Shown here piece by piece: positions 9,601-18,672 of a DNA stretch of 64,000 nucleotides (position 1 is the stretch's first letter; each line of letters begins with the position of its first letter). Source of the stretch: Candidatus Latescibacterota bacterium (lineage in GTDB: Bacteria > Latescibacterota > UBA2968); contig OZ220741.1 in NCBI GenBank assembly GCA_965116885.1, positions 2,464,001 through 2,528,000 of the forward strand, in the 5' to 3' direction. The notes under the pieces were generated by a model, which was not told where the DNA came from, made no database searches, and saw only the letters and a list, made by a program, of their open reading frames with translations. The position numbers and the translations under genes are program-made.

Positions 9601-9801
9601 TTATTTTCTGCTGAGTTTTTCGTCAATGGTGATCATGACGTCCTGAATGTCTGTGAGCCTGCGGTCGAGTTCGTCCATTCGTTCATTCAAGCGTTCTTCT
9701 GCATCGCTGGGGATTGAGCCTTTGGTGCGGCGATCGACGTATTTGTGTACCGCTGATGCGAGAATGATTATCGCTACCATGATTCCAATTTCAAACATCA
9801 T
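9601..9801 (-). CDS. PspB-like single-TM coiled-coil protein (paralogue 1)
   Basis: TM plus RMDELDRRLTDIQDVMITIDEK; near-duplicate of 9356..9589; GGGAGG RBS. Confidence 0.72.
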   Translation of the reverse strand: MMFEIGIMVAIIILASAVHKYVDRRTKGSIPSDAEERLNERMDELDRRLTDIQDVMITIDEKLSRK

Positions 9802-9822
9802 TTGTTTGCCCTCCCATACACA

Positions 9823-10494
9823 TTAGAGTTCATCCACGGGTCTCGCGCGGTGTTTTTCATCCCAGTGTTCGATTTCCGGAAAATGGTAAACGACGAGTCC
9901 CGAATCTGAGATTCGCATTTCCGCATGACCACTTATGGTTAATTCTCGCAGGATTTCTTCGGTTTTTTCAACTGTTATTCTGGTGTCCATAGCAGTTTCT
10001 GTCACGGTGAGGCTGCCCCCTTTATCCCGGGCGAGACGGAGTATGCGGTGCTGGTTTTTGGCATGTGCTTTTTTGTCTCCCGATCTTTTGACCTTGCGAC
10101 CTGCCCACCATATAATCTGAGAGATGATGATTAGCACGAGGCCGCCACTGAGTTCTTCGTGCATGAATGGGTTTGTGCCATCGACCCAGGGAGGATATTG
10201 TATCACTACCATGAGTACGAGCATGAGGCCGCTAAATCCCATAAGTGCAGCCATTCCTATTAAACCATAAGCGAAGAGATAACGCATGGCACAACTCCCA
10301 TCGGTGGCGAGGTCAGAGAGGCGGTCGGGCACGCGCTTGAATGAATTGGTTGCACTTTGGAAATCACTGCTCGCAGTGTGAACGCGCGCCTCCCAGTTTC
10401 CCCTCCATTTCTTTTTTATTTTTCGCTCCGCATCGTTGACCGCGCGGTCAATTTTGCTGGCGATTTCATCGGCGAGTTTTTCCAGGTCACGCAT
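9823..10494 (-). CDS. Membrane protein: N-terminal coiled coil, 2 TM, C-terminal winged-helix-like domain
   Basis: Overlaps pspA stop; C-terminal ILRLARDKGGSLTVTE..TEEILREL..GHAEMRISDSGLVVYHFP. Confidence 0.75.
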   Translation of the reverse strand: MRDLEKLADEIASKIDRAVNDAERKIKKKWRGNWEARVHTASSDFQSATNSFKRVPDRLSDLATDGSCAMRYLFAYGLIGMAALMGFSGLMLVLMVVIQYPPWVDGTNPFMHEELSGGLVLIIISQIIWWAGRKVKRSGDKKAHAKNQHRILRLARDKGGSLTVTETAMDTRITVEKTEEILRELTISGHAEMRISDSGLVVYHFPEIEHWDEKHRARPVDEL

Positions 10495-11164
10495 CTTTTT
10501 GTCCCATTTTCTTTTTTAGTGCACTGAGTTCGTCTTCTACTGTGCTTTTGCGCTCGAGTTTGGAGAATTCTTCTTCCAGAGAGGGGTCAGCACTCGCCAT
10601 TTCTTGATGGGCTTCGGCTTCGGCTTCTTCGGTTTCGATGCGCTGGCGGAATCGTTCAAAGCTCGAAAATGCGTCTTCACCCACTCCCGAGAGGCCCCTG
10701 GCGATTTGCTTGCGGGCTTCGGCTGCACGACGTCGGGCAATTAGAGTGCCCTGGCGGGTGCGGGCTTCGTCGAGTTTGGCTTTGAGTTGGGTGAGTTGTT
10801 GTTTGAGTTGGGACGAGGTTTTACGGCTTTCTTCGAGGGCGACTTCGAGGTCGTGTGTGGCTTCCTGATTTGCAGCTTTGCGTTCGAGGGCGCGGCGGGC
10901 AAGGTCGTCTTCGCCGGCTTCAACGGCTAATTCGGCTTTTTTTTGCCAGGCTTCTATTTGATCTTGTTTTTCGAGATATTGTCTTTCCAGGCGTTTTTCG
11001 TTGGCTACAGCCGTGCCAACCGAAGCAGTGGCTTTATTGACGGCTTCTTCCATTTCCAGAATCATCTGGCGGATCATTTTTTCCGGGTCTTCTGCGCGGG
11101 TAATCAGGTCGTTGACGTTGGCTTTGACGATGTCGGCCATTCTGTAAAAAATTCCGCGTGCCAT
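10487..11164 (-). CDS. pspA: PspA/IM30 (bacterial ESCRT-III) family protein
   Basis: GIFYRMADIVKANVNDLITRAEDPEKMIRQMILEM, GEDDLARRALERK, SLEEEFSKLE, VEDELSALKKKM. Confidence 0.96.
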   Translation of the reverse strand: MARGIFYRMADIVKANVNDLITRAEDPEKMIRQMILEMEEAVNKATASVGTAVANEKRLERQYLEKQDQIEAWQKKAELAVEAGEDDLARRALERKAANQEATHDLEVALEESRKTSSQLKQQLTQLKAKLDEARTRQGTLIARRRAAEARKQIARGLSGVGEDAFSSFERFRQRIETEEAEAEAHQEMASADPSLEEEFSKLERKSTVEDELSALKKKMGQKDA

Positions 11165-11232
11165 GATCTGCTCCTTTCACAGGGTGATACATTTATGGGA
11201 TTCTGATGTTTTTTGTTGTCGCACTCTTTTTA

Positions 11233-11248
11233 TGCAAAGTCTATGCCA
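11233..11248 (-). promoter_or_regulatory. Sigma-54 -24/-12 promoter of pspA operon
   Basis: Minus strand TGGCATAGACTTTGCA = GG-N10-GC, ~70 nt upstream of pspA ATG. Confidence 0.88.
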
Positions 11249-11322
11249 GGAGTGCGATGAGGTGTTAAGTGTTGTTTTTCATACACATAGATATTTTTTG
11301 AAATAGGATAGGTCGATAAAGT

Positions 11323-11359
11323 TGGTGAAAATTGCCATGTGTTCTGGCGAAAGAGACCA
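11323..11359. promoter_or_regulatory. Two PspF-type upstream activator boxes
   Basis: TGGTGAAAATTGCCA (11323-37) and TGGCGAAAGAGACCA (11345-59): TGG-N9-CCA, 22 bp apart, about -100 to -136. Confidence 0.65.
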
Positions 11360-11492
11360 AATTTTCCATTTTTGATCGGATATTTTTAGAGGGTCACATC
11401 TTGTCTTTTTTTTCTAAAAGGTCTATTATCTATCGGTTTGTCGCAAGTTGGTCTCAAATACCATCACTTTCACTCTATACACTGAATTTTTT

Positions 11493-12944
11493 ATGTTTCG
11501 ATATATCCGACTGTTTTTGTTTGCCTGGTTATTTTTATCTTGTGCGGCACATGCGCCTGCTTTAACAGAGACTTATGTGGTGCAAAGAGGGGATTCTCTG
11601 TGGGAAATTGCCGATCAATTTTCCATGAGTGTGACTGAACTTAAGCGGAGCAATGGGTTGAGATCGCATCACATTTATCCGGGACAAAGACTGCTCATTC
11701 GCTCACAAAGGCTTCCCACGCGCTCTTCCAGTGGGGTAGAATACGTGGTGAGAAGGGGAGATTCGCTTTCTAAAATCGCCGCGCGATATTCTATGAGTGT
11801 GACCGAACTGAAGCGGCTTAATGGGTTGAGGTCGAATAATATTTATCCCGGACAAAGGCTTCGCACCCGCTCTGCAGTGCAACCGTCTCGCTTCCGCCCA
11901 TCTTCTGGCTACGTAGAAATGGACTATGTGGTGAGAAGGGGGGATACGCTTTCTAAAATTGCCGCACAATATTCTATGGGCCTGACCGAACTGAAGCGGA
12001 GCAATGGTATCCGATCAGATCGCATTCATGTGGGCCAGAGGTTAAAGATACGGACTCGGTTAACAAAGATCGCGATGGATAATGGGCCGTATTATTTTTC
12101 TCGTCCCAAAGCTGCTGTGCAACGCAGTCGGAGATATCGAGAAGTGCCCCCCAAAAAGCCGATTGAAGATTATAGGAGTGCCCGAAATTTGATGGGTGTG
12201 TTCAATGCAAGTATTAATTCTGATATGCGTCGAGATGGCAGATCATTGAATGGCTGGCGCATTGTGCTCGACCCGGGGCACGGTGGACGCGATCCGGGTG
12301 CTATTGTTTCCAATTTAGATGGCAATAATCGTTCGGTTTATGTGGTCGAAGACGAATTTGTTTACGATATCGCGTTGCGTTTGTACCAAAAACTGAGGCT
12401 TGCAGGTGCCGAGGTGGAGATGACGGTGATTAGTCCAAATCATCTCATTCGAGAAAATAATCCGCCTTCGAGGACGTTTGTACACGAACAAAACGAAGTC
12501 TATAACGATGCAAGCGCCAACAGAAGAAATAGTTTTTCAGTGCGTCCGGGGCTTGATAATATTGTACAAAGAGTAAAAATAGCCAACCGTTTCTTTGCAA
12601 GGCGCGGGAAGACTCTGTTTATATCGCTGCATGCAGACAACACACCCAATCGTCCAAAGGGTCCGCTGGTTATTTATTGGAGCAGGCGCGGGAAGATCGA
12701 TTCGCGGTCCCGGGCATTTGCGCGGATTATGGAAAGGGCACTCGATCTGCCAGATGTGCCCGCTCAAATTGGGGGGCGCAATCTGGCGGTGTTGCGAGGC
12801 AATCTGGCGCAGGCAGAAATTTTGGTGGAGATACGCAATGTACATCATAAGGGCGAAGCATGGGCATTGCGGTCCCACAAGATGCGCGACTCCGATGCGG
12901 ATCGCATTTTTCGCGGGATCTTAAATTACGCGAAGAGGTATTAG
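11493..12944 (+). CDS. LysM (x3) N-acetylmuramoyl-L-alanine amidase (Amidase_3), possible lipoprotein
   Basis: Three YVV(Q/R)RGD LysM repeats; IVLDPGHGGRDPGA, FISLHAD, ILVEI; FLSC lipobox-like. Confidence 0.9.
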   Translation: MFRYIRLFLFAWLFLSCAAHAPALTETYVVQRGDSLWEIADQFSMSVTELKRSNGLRSHHIYPGQRLLIRSQRLPTRSSSGVEYVVRRGDSLSKIAARYSMSVTELKRLNGLRSNNIYPGQRLRTRSAVQPSRFRPSSGYVEMDYVVRRGDTLSKIAAQYSMGLTELKRSNGIRSDRIHVGQRLKIRTRLTKIAMDNGPYYFSRPKAAVQRSRRYREVPPKKPIEDYRSARNLMGVFNASINSDMRRDGRSLNGWRIVLDPGHGGRDPGAIVSNLDGNNRSVYVVEDEFVYDIALRLYQKLRLAGAEVEMTVISPNHLIRENNPPSRTFVHEQNEVYNDASANRRNSFSVRPGLDNIVQRVKIANRFFARRGKTLFISLHADNTPNRPKGPLVIYWSRRGKIDSRSRAFARIMERALDLPDVPAQIGGRNLAVLRGNLAQAEILVEIRNVHHKGEAWALRSHKMRDSDADRIFRGILNYAKRY

Positions 12945-12947
12945 GTA

Positions 12948-15134
12948 TTACGGACAAAATCGCTTTAAGCGCAGGGCATTGGTGACAACGGAGACAGAAG
13001 AGAGGGCCATAGCAGCGGCAGCGAGCATGGGACCGCCCAGGGGATTGAGCAGGCCCAGGGCAGCAATGGGAATGAGAAGGGTGTTGTAGGCAAATGCCCA
13101 GAAGAGATTTTGGCGAATGATGCGCATGGTTTGCCGCGATAGCCGAATAGATGTGGCTATGGCCGATAGGTTGCCCGACATGAGGATCATGCCCGCGCTT
13201 TCTATGGCAATGTCTGTGCCCGAACTCAGGGCGATGCCGACGTCGGCCTGGGCGAGTGCGGGTGCGTCGTTGATGCCGTCGCCAACCATGCCCACGTTTA
13301 TATTTTTGTTTTGGAGTTGCGCGATTTTTTTGGCTTTGTCCTGGGGCAGAACTTCGGCAATGACCTGATCGATGTTGAGCTGTTGTCCAATGGCTTTGGC
13401 CGTGCGTGCGTTGTCGCCTGTCACGAGGGAGATTTCAAGGTCCAGATGCTGGAGGTCACGAACGGCTTGGGCGGCGTCGGCTTTCAGGTTGTCTGAAATG
13501 GCGATGAGGCCCGCAGGCTGATCATTGACGGTGATGAATACGGCGGTTTTGCCCTCGGCTTCGAGTTTTTCAACCGGATATTTTGCGCGGTCAGATATGG
13601 TGCGTGGGTTGCCGAGCACGATGCGCTGTCCGTCAATTGTAGCGGCGACGCCAACGCCGGGTATGGCTTCAAAATCTGTGGTTGGGTGCAGGGAGAGGCT
13701 GGCTTCTTGTGCGGCGCGAACAATGGCTTCGCCAAGGGGGTGTTCCGATCCTTTTTCTGCAGAGGCTGCGAGTTTGAGTATGTGGTCGGGATGGTAATTT
13801 TCTGCGGGGATAATATCGGTGACAGTGGGTTTACCTTCTGTTAGCGTGCCTGTTTTGTCCAGGACAATGGCATTGAGGCGGTGTGCATTTTCGAGCACAT
13901 CGCCTCCTTTTATGAGGATGCCGAGTTGCGCGCCCCGTCCTGTGCCGACTGCGATGGCAGTGGGTGTGGCCAATCCCATTGCACAAGGGCATGCGATGAT
14001 GAGGACGACTACGGCATTGATGAGGGCGGTTTCGATCCCAGAGCCAAAAATCCACCACAGGGTACAGGTCAGCAGGGCGATAACGAAGATTATCGGGACA
14101 AAGATGCTGGCGACGCGGTCGGCGAGGTGTTGTATGGGTGCTTTGGACCCCTGCGCTTGTCGCACGAGATCGATGATTTGAGACAAGACGGTATCGGCGC
14201 CGATCTGTGTTGCTATGAAGATAAAACTGCCGGTTGTGTTGCGCGTGCCGCCTATGACTTTGTCGCCTTGTTGTTTGTCAACGGGTAGGGCTTCACCTGT
14301 GAGCATGGATTCGTCAATTGTAGATTGCCCATTTTGTATGAGGCCATCGACCGGGATATTTTCGCCGGGACGTACGCGAATGTGGTCGCCGACCTGGATA
14401 TGTTCAATGGGCGTTTCAACATCCCGACCGTTGCGGACGATGTGGGCGGTTTTCGGGCGCAAGTCGAGGAGTTTTCGGATGGCGGAGGATGTTTGGCCTC
14501 TGGCGCGCGTTTCGAGCAGGCGACCGAGCAAGACAAGGGTAATGATCATGGCTGAGGTGTCGAAGTAGGTCTGGATATTCTGCGTGCCGAGTGGGATAAA
14601 GGTTACCGCGGCGCTGTAAAAGTAAGCGGCGAGGGTTCCCGCAGCTATCAGGCTGTTCATGTCGGCTGAGCGATGGCGCAGTGCAGCCCAGGCCCCTTTG
14701 AGAAAACGCCAGCCACAGAAGAATTGTACCGGTGTGGTCAATGCAAAGAGCAATATGTGAATGTGATGTGGGGGGATGTTCGCGCCCCACAGAGTGCGGG
14801 TCATGCCGGTTGCCATGATGAGTGCAGAGAGGATCGCGGCGACTGTGAATAGAGATCGCAACTTGCCATATTCGATTGTGCGTCCGGTCTGTTCGGCGTC
14901 TTCGGAAATGTGAGGAGAGGCTTCGTAGCCGGCATTGGAGACGGCATTTACAAGTGTGTCTATCAGGACGGCTTTGTGGTGAACCGTGGCCTGATGGGTG
15001 GCAAAGTTGACCTGGGCATCTGCGACGCCGGGGATGGTTTTGAGGGCATCTTCAACCCGCGCCACACATGCGGCACAACTCATGCCTTCGATGGAGAGGG
15101 TCTGGGTTTGCATGGGGTGTTCGGTTTTTGTCAT
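12948..15134 (-). CDS. copA: Copper-translocating P1B-type ATPase
   Basis: [37 protein letters not shown]. Confidence 0.95.
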   Translation of the reverse strand: MTKTEHPMQTQTLSIEGMSCAACVARVEDALKTIPGVADAQVNFATHQATVHHKAVLIDTLVNAVSNAGYEASPHISEDAEQTGRTIEYGKLRSLFTVAAILSALIMATGMTRTLWGANIPPHHIHILLFALTTPVQFFCGWRFLKGAWAALRHRSADMNSLIAAGTLAAYFYSAAVTFIPLGTQNIQTYFDTSAMIITLVLLGRLLETRARGQTSSAIRKLLDLRPKTAHIVRNGRDVETPIEHIQVGDHIRVRPGENIPVDGLIQNGQSTIDESMLTGEALPVDKQQGDKVIGGTRNTTGSFIFIATQIGADTVLSQIIDLVRQAQGSKAPIQHLADRVASIFVPIIFVIALLTCTLWWIFGSGIETALINAVVVLIIACPCAMGLATPTAIAVGTGRGAQLGILIKGGDVLENAHRLNAIVLDKTGTLTEGKPTVTDIIPAENYHPDHILKLAASAEKGSEHPLGEAIVRAAQEASLSLHPTTDFEAIPGVGVAATIDGQRIVLGNPRTISDRAKYPVEKLEAEGKTAVFITVNDQPAGLIAISDNLKADAAQAVRDLQHLDLEISLVTGDNARTAKAIGQQLNIDQVIAEVLPQDKAKKIAQLQNKNINVGMVGDGINDAPALAQADVGIALSSGTDIAIESAGMILMSGNLSAIATSIRLSRQTMRIIRQNLFWAFAYNTLLIPIAALGLLNPLGGPMLAAAAMALSSVSVVTNALRLKRFCP

Positions 15135-15154
15135 GGGTAGTGGTGAATGCTATT

Positions 15155-16273
15155 TTATTTGAGGTTTTCGGGGTTTAGTCCTTTGAGGTCCTCTACGACA
15201 AAACGCCCGTTTTTGCGAATGCACTCGTCGTCGAAGTAGATTTTTCCACCGCCGTATTCGGGGGTTTGGATGAAGACCATGTCCCAGTGTACGGCAGAGC
15301 GGTTGCCGTTGTCGGCGTCATCGGGATAGGCATTTCCGGGTGTAAAGTGGAATGATCCCGATATTTTTTCGTCGAAGAGAATATCGAGCATAGGCGATGT
15401 GATGTAGGGGTTGAATGCGATGGCAAATTCGCCAATATAACGCGCGCCTTCATCGGTGTTGAGAATGTCGTTGAGTTTGGCAGTATTGTTCGAGGTCGCG
15501 TCGATGATTTTGCCCGCTTGAAAGGTCAGTTTGATATCTGAGAATGTCGTACCGCGATAGATGGTGGGGACGTTGAAATGGATGTGACCGTTTACAGAGT
15601 CTTTAACCGGCGCGGTGAAACACTCGCCATCGGGGATGTTGCGAAGTCCCGTACACGGTCTGACGGGTATGTCTTTGATGCTAAAGGATAGATCGGTATC
15701 GATTCCTGTGATGCGTACGCGGTCGGTTTGTTCCATGCGTTTTTTAAGGGGGGCGACCGCTTCGGCCATTTTGCCATAGTCGAGCGTGCAGACGTCAAAA
15801 TAAAAATCTTCAAATGCTTCAGTACTTTGTTGCGCCTGTTGTGCCATAGAAGGCGTGGGCCATCGCAAGACCACCCATTTTGTGTGCGGTACGCGGATGG
15901 CAAAGTGCACGGGTTTGAGCCAGTGTTTTTCGTAGATATCCATCGCGGTGCTGGATACATCTGATAATTCTGAGATGTTGCGGCTGCCGCGCAGACCGAT
16001 GTAGGCCTGTACGCGCTTCATTCGGTAGGCTTCATAATCGCCTGCTTGTTGCATGGTGGCGATATCGCCTGCATGGATGAGTTCGCGTTGGATGCGATTG
16101 TTTTTTATGGATATTAGGGGAATACCGCCAACTTCGCGCACTTTGCGAATGAGTGCAATGATCATGTCTTCGGGCATGTCATAGCCTTGGATGAGGACGG
16201 TTTCGCCCGCTTGTAATTTTGTGGAATGGCGAATTAGGACATCGGCGAGTTTTTCAAGGCGAGGGTCTTGCAT
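15155..16273 (-). CDS. Aminopeptidase M29 (AmpS/AmpT family)
   Basis: MQDPRLEKLADVL after GAGGAGA RBS; NIPDGECFTAP, GEFAI, LFDEKI, SAVHWDMV. Confidence 0.92.
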   Translation of the reverse strand: MQDPRLEKLADVLIRHSTKLQAGETVLIQGYDMPEDMIIALIRKVREVGGIPLISIKNNRIQRELIHAGDIATMQQAGDYEAYRMKRVQAYIGLRGSRNISELSDVSSTAMDIYEKHWLKPVHFAIRVPHTKWVVLRWPTPSMAQQAQQSTEAFEDFYFDVCTLDYGKMAEAVAPLKKRMEQTDRVRITGIDTDLSFSIKDIPVRPCTGLRNIPDGECFTAPVKDSVNGHIHFNVPTIYRGTTFSDIKLTFQAGKIIDATSNNTAKLNDILNTDEGARYIGEFAIAFNPYITSPMLDILFDEKISGSFHFTPGNAYPDDADNGNRSAVHWDMVFIQTPEYGGGKIYFDDECIRKNGRFVVEDLKGLNPENLK

Positions 16274-16366
16274 GAGGTCTCCTCGGGATGATTGCGGTTG
16301 ATGTTGATATAAAAATAACATATGATGTGTTTGTAAGCCATTATTAAAATACAACAGGTAGATCAC

Positions 16367-17140
16367 ATGAAATTCAGACCGTGTATTGATTTGAAAGATG
16401 GCCGGGTTGTTCAAATCGTGGGGGGTACGTTGCGCGATGGGGATGTCCAGCGCGCGGTGACCAATTTTGAGACCGAGCGTTCTCCTGCGGATTATGCCCG
16501 GCTGTATCGCGAGGACGGATTTTGGGGCGGCCATGTGATTGCGCTTGGGCCGGGCAATGAAGCGGCGGCGTTGGAGGCTCTGGCGGCGTTTCCCGGGGGT
16601 CTGCATCTGGGTGGGGGTATCACGCCGCACAATGCGGAAAAATTTTTGCGCGCGGGCGCGAGCCATGTGATTGTGACGTCTTATGTTTTCCGCGATGGGC
16701 AAATCGATATGACGCGATTGGATGAGATGATACGGGCTGTGGGTAGGGAGCGTTTGGTTCTGGATTTGAGTTGTCGAAAGCGCGGTGATGATTATGTTGT
16801 TGTAACGGATCGCTGGCAAAGATTTACGGATGTGACTGTCGGCGAGGAGATATTGGGCGCGTTGGCCGGTTATTGTGCTGAGTTTTTGGTGCACGGGGTT
16901 GATGTAGAGGGCAAACGCGCAGGTGTAGAAGAACCTCTGGTGGAAATGCTGGGCAGGTGGTCACCCGTGCCGGTAACTTATGCAGGTGGGGTGCGAGAGC
17001 TATCGGATTTGCACCGCGTCAATGTGCTGGGTCAGGGACGGGTGGATCTGACTATTGGCAGTGCGCTGGATATTTTTGGGGGCGATGTGGCATATCGAGA
17101 TGTTGTAGCCTGGATGAGAAGTGTGAAGGAAGAAGTGTGA
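16367..17140 (+). CDS. hisA: ProFAR isomerase, eukaryotic (His6)-type HisA
   Basis: FRPCIDL..G.V.QIVGGTL, GGHVIALG, LVLDLSCR, EFLVHGVDVEG, DLTIGSALDIFGG. Confidence 0.9.
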   Translation: MKFRPCIDLKDGRVVQIVGGTLRDGDVQRAVTNFETERSPADYARLYREDGFWGGHVIALGPGNEAAALEALAAFPGGLHLGGGITPHNAEKFLRAGASHVIVTSYVFRDGQIDMTRLDEMIRAVGRERLVLDLSCRKRGDDYVVVTDRWQRFTDVTVGEEILGALAGYCAEFLVHGVDVEGKRAGVEEPLVEMLGRWSPVPVTYAGGVRELSDLHRVNVLGQGRVDLTIGSALDIFGGDVAYRDVVAWMRSVKEEV

Positions 17141-17149
17141 AGTGTGAAT

Positions 17150-17205
17150 GTAGGGGCGAAAAATCTTTCGCCCGTTGTTGTAGGGGCAATCCCTCGTGGT
17201 TGCCT
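17150..17205 (+). repeat. Two GTAG-type REP-like palindromes
   Basis: GTAG-GGGCGAAA-AATC-TTTCGCCC and GTAG-GGGCAATCCCTCGTGGTTGCC in the hisA-thiL spacer. Confidence 0.7.
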
Positions 17206-17233
17206 GCTTTTGTAAGATACAGGAAGAAGTGCG

Positions 17234-18226
17234 ATGGATCGGTTTAAGGATATCGGAGAGTTCGGTTTTATTGATCGCATTGCCGCGCACGCACAGCGCA
17301 GTCGGGTTCTGTGTGGGATTGGGGATGATTGCGCTGTTATGGCTGCCGGGCAGGCGCGCGTGCGATTGGTGACGGTTGATGCGATGGTTGAGGGTGTACA
17401 CTTTGTACCACAGGCACCGCCAGAAGGCGTGGGGTACAAATTACTGGCTGCGAGTTTGTCCGATGTGGCTGCTATGGGCGGGAAACCAACGGATGCGGTT
17501 GTGGCGGTTAGCGCGTCGGGTGATTGTGATGCGGGATATGTCGAGCGAATTTACAACGGGCTTTTTGCCTGTGCCGATCGGTTTGGTGTGGCTGTTGTGG
17601 GTGGTGATACAACGCGCACGTCTGGTGCGCTGGTTTTGAGTTTGACGCTTACGGGTGAGATGGTGCGAGATCAGGTGTGTTATCGGTCTGGCGCACAAGT
17701 GGGTGATGTGGTCTATGTATCGGGGACGCTGGGCGATGCTGCAGGTGGTTTGGGGGTGGTATTGGGTGACGTGGATCTGTCGGGTAAGGTGCAGACAGCG
17801 TTGTTACAAAGGCATTATCGACCCGAGCCGCGGTTGGATTTGGGACAGGCGTTGGCGGAAACAGGTGCGGTGACCGCGATGATCGATGTGTCGGATGGGT
17901 TGGCTTCGGATTTGAGCCATATTTGCCGGCAAAGTGGCGTGTCGGCTGTGATTCGAGCCGCGGCGATTCCCTTGTCGCGGGCGGTTGTAAAATTTTGTGA
18001 AGTGAGTGGTGAAGAGAAATTGGATCTCGCACTCACTGGCGGGGAAGATTTCGAGTTGCTATTTTCTGTGTCACACACACAGGTCGATAAGGTCGAGGCA
18101 TTGGGGTATTCGATTTGTCGCATTGGCGAGATTGTGGCTGGCGATGGCTATGTGATGATAGAAGATGAGAATGGAAAGCGCGTGCCATTAGAACAACTGG
18201 GTTATGATCATTTTGGAGGGGAGTAG
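17234..18226 (+). CDS. thiL: Thiamine-monophosphate kinase
   Basis: GEFGFID, GIGDDCA, SLSDVAAMGG, GGDT, MIDVSDGL, GGEDFELLF. Confidence 0.95.
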   Translation: MDRFKDIGEFGFIDRIAAHAQRSRVLCGIGDDCAVMAAGQARVRLVTVDAMVEGVHFVPQAPPEGVGYKLLAASLSDVAAMGGKPTDAVVAVSASGDCDAGYVERIYNGLFACADRFGVAVVGGDTTRTSGALVLSLTLTGEMVRDQVCYRSGAQVGDVVYVSGTLGDAAGGLGVVLGDVDLSGKVQTALLQRHYRPEPRLDLGQALAETGAVTAMIDVSDGLASDLSHICRQSGVSAVIRAAAIPLSRAVVKFCEVSGEEKLDLALTGGEDFELLFSVSHTQVDKVEALGYSICRIGEIVAGDGYVMIEDENGKRVPLEQLGYDHFGGE

Positions 18227-18241
18227 CCAGGAAGGTGACCG

Positions 18242-18586
18242 CTAATTGTTGACCGCTACACGTTGTCGCTGGCGTTTTTTTTCTGAGCGCTGGCGTTTTT
18301 TTTCAAGGCGTTTTTCGATTGAAGATCGGTTGGGGCGGGTTTTAATACGCGGTTTGCGCTTTTTGTTGCGCTCGTTCAGGCGGTTTTGTAAACGCTCGAG
18401 GGCGAGTTGTTTGTTGCGGTGTTGTGAGCGGTGTTCTGTGGCGATGGCAGTAATACCTGTGGGTATGTGGATTGCGCGCACGGCGGTTTCAACTTTGTTG
18501 CGATGTTGGCCGCCGGGGCCAGACCCGCGCATGGTTTGAAATCGAACATCCTTCAGGAGCGCGTTGTTGTCGGTGTTTTTAGACAT
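18242..18586 (-). CDS. Small GGQ peptidyl-tRNA hydrolase (RF-1 domain, ArfB-like basic tail)
   Basis: RGSGPGGQHRNK, HIPTG, RSQHRNK, basic tail RLEKKRQRSEKK. Confidence 0.85.
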   Translation of the reverse strand: MSKNTDNNALLKDVRFQTMRGSGPGGQHRNKVETAVRAIHIPTGITAIATEHRSQHRNKQLALERLQNRLNERNKKRKPRIKTRPNRSSIEKRLEKKRQRSEKKRQRQRVAVNN

Positions 18587-18604
18587 TTTGAATTATAAAA
18601 AAAT

Positions 18605-18659
18605 AGCGGTCAGTTTTTAATGATCACCCATGAGACGCGATGGCACAAAACTGACCGCT
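18605..18659. terminator. 13-bp inverted repeat, probable terminator downstream of S1 gene
   Basis: AGCGGTCAGTTTT...AAAACTGACCGCT with a long loop. Confidence 0.5.
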
Positions 18660-18672
18660 GAATTTTAATAGC

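Noticed and set aside
11255..11300. IHF site between the pspA promoter and enhancer
   Set aside because: AT-rich, but the best match has at least two mismatches to the consensus.
11573..12050. Three ~130-nt direct repeats
   Set aside because: Coding LysM repeats, not a CRISPR array or mobile repeat.
16274..16894. N-terminal extension of the 579-aa minus-strand ORF
   Set aside because: Antisense shadow of hisA; the aminopeptidase starts at 16273 after a good RBS.
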